IMG/VR virus record: IMGVR_UViG_2531839662_000010 | Coordinates: 1 to 5,460 of that record | Strand: one strand, 5' to 3' | From: a virus | Taxonomy: Duplodnaviria > Heunggongvirae > Uroviricota > Caudoviricetes | Length of the DNA: 5,460 nucleotides | Part shown: one piece after another, positions 1 to 5,460 of the stretch | How positions within the stretch are numbered: position 1 is the first letter of the stretch | Layout: each line of letters starts with the position of its first letter | Position numbers and translations under genes: made by a program | Notes under the pieces: model-generated | Databases searched by the model: none | What the model was told of the DNA's origin: nothing | Seen by the model: only the letters and a program-made list of their open reading frames with translations

Positions 1-600
1 TCTTTACCACTTTCTGTGTTGATTGGTTATGAAAAGAACGCTCGCACACACTCCGTGGAGCAGGTAGATCAGATTGTTGCCAGCATACAGGAGTACGGAT
101 GGACTAATCCGATCCTGATAGACGAGAACAACGTTGTAATTGCTGGTCATGGTCGAATTGCTGCGGCCACTCAGTTGGGGATGGATGACGTTCCCTGCAT
201 TGTTCTGGAAGGGCTAACGGAGAATCAGAAGAAGGCATATCGTCTGGCCGACAACCGTATTCCGCTGAATGCTGGTTGGGATGAAGAGTTGTTAAGCGCG
301 GAACTTGCAGATCTTGCGGCCGATGATTTTGCTCTGGACTCAATTGGTTTTACTCAGCGCGAACTGGATAACTTATTGAGTGCGGCGGTCTACGATGACA
401 CAGAGGGTATGGATATCCCATTTGAGAAGGATGAGGCCAAATCAGGCGTAAAAGTTCAGTACCTGTCATTTGGAGGTCATAAAATCCCGGCAACGGATGA
501 GGAAGCGGATCGTTTTGACTGCGCGGTGTCTCGTTATGTTGATGATAATGGCAGCTATATCGGATTTGTATCCGCATTGCTGGCTGGGGAGGTGTGCTGA
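1..600 (+). CDS. ParB/Srx-fold (ParB N-terminal domain) nuclease-like protein, 5'-partial; frame is open to window start, true start probably just upstream
   Basis: ORF 16..600 has no stop upstream in frame and no SD before GTG16/TTG19. Translation shows ParB-N hallmarks: NARTHS near the N-terminus, GHGR box (nt 145-156), then LADNRIPLNAGWDEELLSAELADL, a pattern typical of phage ParB-like nuclease proteins. Stop TGA 598-600. Confidence 0.75.
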   Translation, partial: SLPLSVLIGYEKNARTHSVEQVDQIVASIQEYGWTNPILIDENNVVIAGHGRIAAATQLGMDDVPCIVLEGLTENQKKAYRLADNRIPLNAGWDEELLSAELADLAADDFALDSIGFTQRELDNLLSAAVYDDTEGMDIPFEKDEAKSGVKVQYLSFGGHKIPATDEEADRFDCAVSRYVDDNGSYIGFVSALLAGEVC

Positions 601-1973
601 TGCTTCACCTGAATTACGACATAACGCACCTACGCGGCGCGGAATATAACCCGCGTTTTATCGGTGAGGATGATCTTGCGAGGCTGGCGGAAAGCGTCAG
701 GGAGCTGGGGCTTGTGAAGCCATTGATAGTGCGCGGCGATTTGCTGGTGGCGGGACACCAAAGGACGAAGGCGCTACGTAAGTTGGGAATAACGCGTGCT
801 GCGGTGTATGTGTTGCCCTGTGAAACGACGGTATACGACGAAGTACGGTTTAACCAACTGCATAACGGAACGGATTTTGATAGCGGAGATGAGCGTTGCA
901 GGGTGTCCGGTCTGGAAGATAAGCATGGTTTTGTTCAGGTATCGGCAAGCCAGATCTCAGGCAATATGCGCGCGAAAATGGCATATGTTCGAAAGAACAT
1001 AGCGGAACTGGTTATCAAGTATGGTCCGTGGGGTGGTTGTGTTGCTACTCAGTCTGGTGAGGTTATTCATTGTGCTCAGTATGCATTAGCAGCGAAGATG
1101 ACGCGCACACCGCTAACGGTGTTTGTGATCCCTGATGTTGAGAAGGAAAAATACCAAAGTTATCTGAATAAAACTTATGGTGTATTTGAGTATTCTCATC
1201 TGGAGAAAACAACATACATCCAGACGTATGCGCAGCTTATGCGGTTGCGTAATGGTGGCAGCCTGAAATCAAATCTGTATGAGTCGTTGATCCTCCCGAT
1301 CATTGCCAAGACGCCAAGAGGAATTGATTTTGGTTCGGGGCAGGGAGACTACGCGCGAATGCTCAGGGCAAAGGGATATAACCTGCATGATCTCGAGCTT
1401 TTCCGCCGTAAGGGCGCTGGAAACACTCTGGATAGGACCGCAACAAACCGGATGATTGATACGCTGGTGGATGACTTAAAAACGCGAGGGCGTTACGACT
1501 ACGTGATTTGCGATAGCGTTTTGAACTCGGTCGATAGTGTCGAGGCTGAATGGTCCGTTCTGACGGTTCTGAAAGGCCTGTGTAAAGCTGGTGGGTCAAT
1601 ATTCTTTTCTGGTCGTAGCCGTGGAGAGCTGGAAACAGTCCTGAAGCAAACACAGGCGGCGAGTTCCAAAAGCCGGCTTTATTTTATTGATCATAACGGT
1701 TTTACCGCGTTGTACCGGAAGGGGCACTGGTTTTACCAGAAGTTTCACTCTGATGAGGAAGTGAAGCAGTTGTGTCGTGTACATGGTTTCAGGATTAAGC
1801 GGTCAATATTCAACTGTAAGAGCTGGTATTTGCACGTCATTAACGATGATTCCCTTAGTTGGGCGAGTCTGGAGAAAGCTGTTCGTTTTGAGTTTGAGTT
1901 GCCGTTGCCTGGTGGTTCAACAATCGGACGATCTGATGATGTGCTGGCGGCTTTCCGGCCGTTGATTAAGTAG
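600..1973 (+). CDS. Fusion protein: N-terminal ParB/Srx-like domain + C-terminal Class I SAM-dependent methyltransferase-like domain
   Basis: ATG at 600 overlaps the upstream TGA (TGATG) with GGAGG at 588-592; the track's GTG 594 has no usable SD spacing. N-terminus YNPRF...VAGHQRTKALRKLG is ParB-like. C-terminal half has Rossmann MTase motif I IDFGSGQGD (nt 1323-1349), motif II YDYVICDSVLN (nt 1494-1526) and motif III-like LKGLCKAGGSIFF. No (D/N/S)PP(Y/F/W) motif seen. Confidence 0.7.
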   Translation: MLHLNYDITHLRGAEYNPRFIGEDDLARLAESVRELGLVKPLIVRGDLLVAGHQRTKALRKLGITRAAVYVLPCETTVYDEVRFNQLHNGTDFDSGDERCRVSGLEDKHGFVQVSASQISGNMRAKMAYVRKNIAELVIKYGPWGGCVATQSGEVIHCAQYALAAKMTRTPLTVFVIPDVEKEKYQSYLNKTYGVFEYSHLEKTTYIQTYAQLMRLRNGGSLKSNLYESLILPIIAKTPRGIDFGSGQGDYARMLRAKGYNLHDLELFRRKGAGNTLDRTATNRMIDTLVDDLKTRGRYDYVICDSVLNSVDSVEAEWSVLTVLKGLCKAGGSIFFSGRSRGELETVLKQTQAASSKSRLYFIDHNGFTALYRKGHWFYQKFHSDEEVKQLCRVHGFRIKRSIFNCKSWYLHVINDDSLSWASLEKAVRFEFELPLPGGSTIGRSDDVLAAFRPLIK

Positions 1974-1989
1974 TCTGTAGGAGGCGCTG

Positions 1990-2328
1990 GTGGCTGACAG
2001 AATTGAGATAAAGATGGATTTTTCTTCTCAGGATATTCAACGACAACTCCAGCGCCTTGAAGAACGCGAATTGCCGTTCGCAATGGCGCTTGCGGCAACC
2101 AGAACGGCAAAGGCTTCTCAGGCTGCGATTAAGAATGAAATTAATCGGGTATTTGACAGGCCCACGCCGTGGATTCAGAACTCTACTTACGTTTTGGCCG
2201 CAAAGAAGAGTGATCCTACAGCCATTGTGTATGCTCGTGAATGGGGAGGAACGCCAGCCCCTGTAACGTTGACTCCGCAAATCGAAGGTGGCCAACGACA
2301 GTACAAACGCTCAGAAGGTGCGTTGTAA
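1990..2328 (+). CDS. Hypothetical protein (112 aa), third gene of the ParB operon; weak, unverified resemblance to small phage morphogenesis proteins
   Basis: GTG start at 1990 preceded by AGGAGG (1979-1984, 5-nt spacer), 16 nt after the upstream stop. Helical Ala/Gln/Arg-rich N-terminus. Stop TAA 2326-2328 sits inside the left arm of a perfect hairpin. Confidence 0.5.
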   Translation: MADRIEIKMDFSSQDIQRQLQRLEERELPFAMALAATRTAKASQAAIKNEINRVFDRPTPWIQNSTYVLAAKKSDPTAIVYAREWGGTPAPVTLTPQIEGGQRQYKRSEGAL

Positions 2329-2380
2329 AACCCACTGAATTCAATGTTTTCCCTTTGTTTTCAGTGGGTTTTGTTATTGG
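2327..2380. terminator. Putative bidirectional intrinsic terminator: perfect 13-bp inverted repeat with 20-nt loop
   Basis: AAAACCCACTGAA (2327-2339) and its exact reverse complement TTCAGTGGGTTTT (2360-2372), followed by T-rich GTTATT. On the opposite strand the stem is also followed by a U-run. Lies between convergent genes. Confidence 0.45.
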
Positions 2381-2411
2381 TGGGGGTTACTGATTACCCT
2401 ATAAAACCCAC

Positions 2412-3403
2412 TTATGTGGATGAAATGTGGATGCCTCCTTTTAACGGATTAAGTGAAATTGCATCCTGGAGGAAATCAGGAGCGAGGTGTGCATAGGTCA
2501 TAGTTTGCTGGATCGTGGCGTGCCCCATAATTCGCTGGAGCGTAAGTATATTTCCTCCATTAATCATAAAGTGAGCTGCAAAGGTATGGCGTAGAACATG
2601 TACTGCCTGCCCTTTTGGTAGATCAGGCTTAACACTGCGAAGCACCTTGCGATATTCCTCATAATTGACGTCAAACAGAAGGCCGGATTTCTTTGTTTTG
2701 ATCTCGCTAACAACTTCATCAGAGACAGGAATAATTCGAACTTTTCCGTTTTTAGTTTTGTTAAACGTCACGCGGTTATTGATGATGTGTTCCGCGCGCA
2801 GATTTTTCGCTTCTCCCCATCTCGCACCAGTACTGAGACAAAGTAGCGTAATCCGCCGGGCATCACCGCTTACTGCATCCAGTAATTTGGCAATTTCTTC
2901 CGTGGTGAGATACGTCATTTCGGGTGATTTTCGTTTCAAAGAGGGGAGGGCGCGGAGCGGATTTTCTCCGTGAAATTCCCCGGCATTTGCCAGGAGTGTA
3001 AACATTCCTCCGAGATCCGACTCATCACGCCGAACAGTAGACTCTTTTACTCCCAAAGATTAAACGGGAGCTTCGATTAAGCGGCCATGAAACGAGCATT
3101 AATCTGGCTAACCCTTGGATCATTCATTTCTTTGATGATTTTTTTCAACCTGGTTAGAACGCCGTTAGCATATGGCTTATTGCGTCCACCCAATTCCCAC
3201 CATAACGGAAGCAGATCTGAGAGATGACGTTGCTCTGTTGGCTTTTCAAGCCATTCCTTATCGTGCATGTGGCTGAGAACATAACGCTCAAAGGCCACTG
3301 CATCTGCCTTTTTCTTAAAAATCCGCTGAATCCGACGTCCACTTCGGCCACGCGGTCTAACATCCACTTTATACCGTCCACCATCGAGTGCTTTAATTGC
3401 CAT
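2412..3403 (-). pseudogene. int: P2-type tyrosine integrase, apparently inactivated (N- and C-terminal halves in different frames, separated by stop codons)
   Basis: N-terminal part (ORF 3077..3436; probable start ATG 3401-3403 with GGAGGG SD, giving MAIKALDGGRYKVD) resembles the P2 Int N-terminus. C-terminal part (2412..3056, starting at a TTG) carries the catalytic motifs ARWGEA, HVLRHTFA and the tyrosine in MTYAHL. Frame 1 stops at 3077-3079 and frame 2 has a stop at 3060-3062; no single indel joins them. Confidence 0.6.
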
Positions 3404-3469
3404 TGGCAAGCCCTCCGGTGAAACGAGGAAAGACATTTCCAGTTTGTAAAACGTAAGAATAATAAAGGG

Positions 3470-3772
3470 TTAACCAATTTTCCTTTCGGATGGGGGTAAA
3501 TCCGTTGGTTCTTGCCCATAGTGTGCGAGAGCCGGAGCTATCTGCCCGGATTCAGGCGCAATTTTTCCAGTCATAAACCACAACGCATATTTCTCAAATC
3601 TGGGGTTGTTTAGTATTTGCTCAATTACTTCAGCATTAGGGATAGTTTTACCGCTTTCATATCTCCACAGAGCATCACGGTTTAAACCAAGCATTTTTGC
3701 TGTATCCGGGAGGCTAGTAAGTCTCTCGCTTTCACGCATGATTTTTATGCGCTCTCCAATAGTCATACGCAT
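3470..3772 (-). CDS. C: P2 C-type immunity repressor
   Basis: About 100 aa from ATG 3770-3772 with GGAG SD (the track starts at a TTG 15 nt further upstream). Contains WFMTGKIAPESGQIAPALAHYGQ, which closely matches the C-terminal half of phage P2 repressor C as recalled. Sits upstream of int on the same strand and divergent from cox. Confidence 0.8.
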   Translation of the reverse strand: MRMTIGERIKIMRESERLTSLPDTAKMLGLNRDALWRYESGKTIPNAEVIEQILNNPRFEKYALWFMTGKIAPESGQIAPALAHYGQEPTDLPPSERKIG

Positions 3773-3867
3773 GTTGCAATTCTCCAACGTCTGTATTAAT
3801 GTTTATACAAATGAGTTTGATTTGGGGCATCCGTCGCAAGAAATACCCCAAACAGGGAGATTATCAC
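3773..3867. promoter_or_regulatory. Divergent promoter/operator region of the immunity switch (Pc leftward, Pe rightward)
   Basis: 95-bp AT-rich spacer between divergent C and cox starts. Contains a 7-bp inverted repeat TTTGGGG (3821-3827) / CCCCAAA (3846-3852) and TATTAAT / TTTATAC -10-like hexamers. Exact -35/-10 boxes could not be assigned by eye. Confidence 0.45.
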
Positions 3868-4194
3868 ATGAATGAAGAACTATTGAGGGCATTGTTTAAG
3901 ATCCCAGACCCCATCACCGTTGATGAGTTTTCCCGCCGCACAGGTAAGACCGAATCAGCCGTAAGAAAGTTGGTAGAGCGTCGACTCATCCCTCTAACTA
4001 CTGAGCGCGAGGTTTTAGGCGAGGAAGGGAGTTCGCGCCGTCTTCTCATCCTTTGGAATGAGTGGCTCGAAATGGTCTATGACGCAACGAGACAGCTTCC
4101 TCCTGAGCGTAAAGATTGGCGCAACCACTGGCTTAAGAAAGCCAAGAAGCTGGCGGAAGATTTGGGATTAGGCTTTCTTAATTTTGCTGCATGA
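3868..4194 (+). CDS. cox: Cox-like excisionase/transcriptional regulator (108 aa)
   Basis: ATG 3868 with GGAG SD (3855-3858). First gene rightward of the repressor, divergent from it. GKTESAVRKLVERRLIPL resembles the P2 Cox DNA-binding region as recalled. The track's upstream start at 3799 would overlap the operator region and was not used. Confidence 0.6.
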   Translation: MNEELLRALFKIPDPITVDEFSRRTGKTESAVRKLVERRLIPLTTEREVLGEEGSSRRLLILWNEWLEMVYDATRQLPPERKDWRNHWLKKAKKLAEDLGLGFLNFAA

Positions 4195-4212
4195 GATGCA
4201 GGGAGTTTTGAT

Positions 4213-4554
4213 ATGAAACAGCAACGTAATTCACGCTTTCGTAATGGTGCTGAACGCCACGCTAACCGTTTCGCTACCAGTGCATCACGCAGCAACATCC
4301 GCTACAGCCTGAGCGAAACACACGCAACGCCGGATGGCTACCCAGTAAAACAAATCGGCGAGCACGCCTGGTTGATTGAGAAAGCTGGAATCGTGGTCCA
4401 CAAATGCCCACACAATCCGTTTACCGGAAACCGCATTTTTGCACTAAGCAGCGGCGACAATCAGTTCGGACAGGATTTCACATTGTACGAAGCACTTCGT
4501 ACAGTTGATCGTCTGCTTCGCGGACAAAGTTTTATTAAACAGGCTGATTTATAA
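4213..4554 (+). CDS. Hypothetical early-operon protein (113 aa) with strongly basic N-terminus
   Basis: ATG 4213 with GGGAG SD (4200-4204), 18 nt after the cox stop. N-terminal 30 residues are Arg/Asn/Ser-rich. Function not recognised. Confidence 0.5.
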   Translation: MKQQRNSRFRNGAERHANRFATSASRSNIRYSLSETHATPDGYPVKQIGEHAWLIEKAGIVVHKCPHNPFTGNRIFALSSGDNQFGQDFTLYEALRTVDRLLRGQSFIKQADL

Positions 4555-4564
4555 CAGGTGCTTT

Positions 4565-4843
4565 ATGACCAAAGAGCATGCACAAGGTGTATTTATCCGT
4601 TTTATTGATTTTCGCGGTGAACTGTTATTACGCGCATCGGCTATTGATGCTGTAGTTCCGGCAGAAAAAGATGTGGCCACTTACCTTTATCTGAACGGCA
4701 CGCGATTGTTTGTGGAACTTCCGTACCAGACCGTACGCGAAATCATTAACGAAGCTGAAAAGGCACGTCAGGTTAATGGCGATGAACCATATATCGAAAT
4801 TATCTGCATGGATTCAGAAGCTGAAATTCAGAAAGCAGATTAA
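4565..4843 (+). CDS. Hypothetical early-operon protein (92 aa)
   Basis: ATG 4565 is 10 nt after the previous stop, with AGGTG upstream. The track's longer version from 4505 would overlap the preceding gene by 50 nt, so the downstream start is preferred. Acidic C-terminus. Confidence 0.5.
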   Translation: MTKEHAQGVFIRFIDFRGELLLRASAIDAVVPAEKDVATYLYLNGTRLFVELPYQTVREIINEAEKARQVNGDEPYIEIICMDSEAEIQKAD

Positions 4844-4854
4844 AGGGCGTTGCG

Positions 4855-5097
4855 ATGGGCAAAGAATATAAAACTCTCATTAACAAAGCACTTGAGCGTT
4901 TTTATTTTCGCTTAAGTGCATCAGGCGTTCATGCTGAACGTGCAGCCCGTGACTCATTGACCAGGGCAATCCGGAGTCTGTATGACGTGGCTTTTTACGC
5001 TGATGATCTGGATGCACTTAACGAACTTTCCGAGCTGATCTGTGCCGCAGAATGCGGGGAACATATTGAACCGTATAAGCTGGGGAATATCGCATGA
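4855..5097 (+). CDS. Hypothetical early-operon protein (80 aa)
   Basis: ATG 4855 is 11 nt after the previous stop, with AAGGG upstream. Predicted helical. Function not recognised. Confidence 0.45.
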   Translation: MGKEYKTLINKALERFYFRLSASGVHAERAARDSLTRAIRSLYDVAFYADDLDALNELSELICAAECGEHIEPYKLGNIA

Positions 5098-5207
5098 GTA
5101 TATTTATCTCATGGCTTGTTCTGATTATTTCGGTGGCCTGTGCCATTGGGATTATGCGAATTATTAATTCAGTAAAAAAGATTGAACGCTTTTTTACTGG
5201 TGAATAA
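5094..5207 (+). CDS. Small hydrophobic peptide (37 aa) with one predicted transmembrane helix; not in the supplied ORF track
   Basis: ATG 5094 overlaps the upstream TGA as ATGA. Translation MSIFISWLVLIISVACAIGIMRIINSVKKIERFFTGE: a roughly 19-residue hydrophobic core followed by a basic tail. Stop TAA 5205-5207. Confidence 0.35.
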   Translation: MSIFISWLVLIISVACAIGIMRIINSVKKIERFFTGE

Positions 5208-5300
5208 CGATACAAATAAAACATCAAATTAAATAAGAAAACGTGAAAACCATCCGTATTAACGGAGGTATTCGCACACGCAAATAACGGAGATACAAAA

Positions 5301-5460
5301 ATGCACGCAAAAGAAGAAGGTATCATCAGAGCACTGAAAGAAATTTCAAAGATGGAAAGCGAAGTAGCGAAAAAAGCCGTGGCCAATGCTCACATGGACG
5401 TCGCAATCCACACAATGATAGCCGCAAAAGTCACGGCAGAAGCTGCCAAAATCATCGAAG
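5301..5460 (+). CDS. Hypothetical protein, 3'-partial (runs off window end), Ala/Lys-rich helical N-terminus
   Basis: ATG 5301 with GGAGA SD (5289-5293, 7-nt spacer) after a 93-bp AT-rich spacer. Open to the window end: MHAKEEGIIRALKEISKMESEVAKKAVANAHMDVAIHTMIAAKVTAEAAKIIE. Confidence 0.5.
   Translation, partial: MHAKEEGIIRALKEISKMESEVAKKAVANAHMDVAIHTMIAAKVTAEAAKIIE

Larger units (their letters stand above)
2329..5460. mobile_element. P2-family (P2/186-like) prophage, integrase-proximal end; partial, continues beyond window end
   Basis: Gene order int(-) / C repressor(-) / cox(+) / small early ORFs(+), with protein similarity to P2 Int and P2 C as recalled from memory. Element boundary inferred in the 2329-2411 intergenic region. 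Confidence 0.6.

Noticed and set aside
104-577. Two - strand ORFs (104..343, 350..577) inside the first ParB-like gene
   Set aside because: Fully embedded antisense to a gene with clear domain signatures; translations are low-complexity (Pro/His/Gln-rich) with no SD context. Treated as frame artefacts.
1-1973. Interpretation of the ParB-like genes as a plasmid/prophage ParAB partition locus
   Set aside because: No ParA-type ATPase in the window, no central HTH or C-terminal dimerisation region recognisable, and the second protein carries a methyltransferase fold. More consistent with nuclease/modification-type ParB-fold proteins.
796-2295. Overlapping ORFs within or antisense to the ParB-MTase gene and the third gene (796..1002 +, 1363..1653 -, 1596..1784 -, 1745..2110 -, 1777..1965 +, 1966..2295 -, 2057..2266 +)
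   Set aside because: All lie inside longer ORFs that have recognisable motifs and coupled starts; none has its own convincing ribosome-binding site. Likely spurious.
2329-2411. tRNA or tmRNA gene as integration target at the prophage boundary
   Set aside because: No cloverleaf-compatible sequence or conserved T-loop/CCA-end features were seen in the junction; the only structure is the long-loop hairpin.
2414-2434. Tandem ATGTGGATG repeat near the integrase 3' end
   Set aside because: Lies within the last codons of the integrase (encodes IHISST on the - strand); probably coding coincidence rather than a regulatory repeat, though an att-related role is not excluded.
2665-3519. ORFs overlapping the integrase on either strand (2665..2973 +, 3154..3519 -, 3224..3421 +)
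   Set aside because: Antisense or out-of-frame to integrase sequence with clear family similarity; no independent support.
3799-3867. Longer version of the cox ORF starting at ATG 3799
   Set aside because: It would place coding sequence across the divergent promoter/operator region and add an N-terminal extension with no SD; the ATG at 3868 has a properly spaced GGAG.
3864-4298. Antisense ORFs 3864..4049 and 4077..4298
   Set aside because: Antisense to cox and the following early gene; Arg/Ser-rich low-complexity translations. Likely artefacts.
5018-5386. 122-aa - strand ORF spanning the end of the early operon
   Set aside because: It conflicts with three + strand ORFs that show operon-like coupling and SD sequences; its translation is hydrophobic low-complexity, typical of antisense reading of AT-rich DNA. 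Coding cannot be fully excluded without expression data.
1-5460. CRISPR array, insertion sequence or transposase
   Set aside because: No regularly spaced direct repeats of 24-40 bp, no terminal inverted repeats flanking a transposase-like ORF, and no DDE/HUH-type protein were observed.

Overview
The window holds two adjoining mobile-DNA modules. Left (1-2328, + strand): a three-gene operon with tight translational coupling: a 5'-partial ParB/Srx-fold protein, a second ParB-like domain fused to a Class I SAM-methyltransferase-like domain, and a 112-aa unknown protein, closed by a perfect 13-bp hairpin. Right (about 2400-5460): the integrase end of a P2-family prophage, with a tyrosine integrase (- strand) split into two reading frames by stop codons, a P2 C-type repressor (-), a divergent Cox-like gene (+), and a run of small rightward early-operon ORFs including a 37-aa hydrophobic peptide. 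The most interesting candidates are the ParB-ParB/methyltransferase pair, whose domain architecture is not that of the common phage ParB-DNA-methylase fusion, and the small unknown early-operon genes. The prophage appears immobilised (broken integrase) but retains an intact immunity switch. All family assignments are from reading the translations by eye and from recalled P2 protein sequences; no database search was possible.
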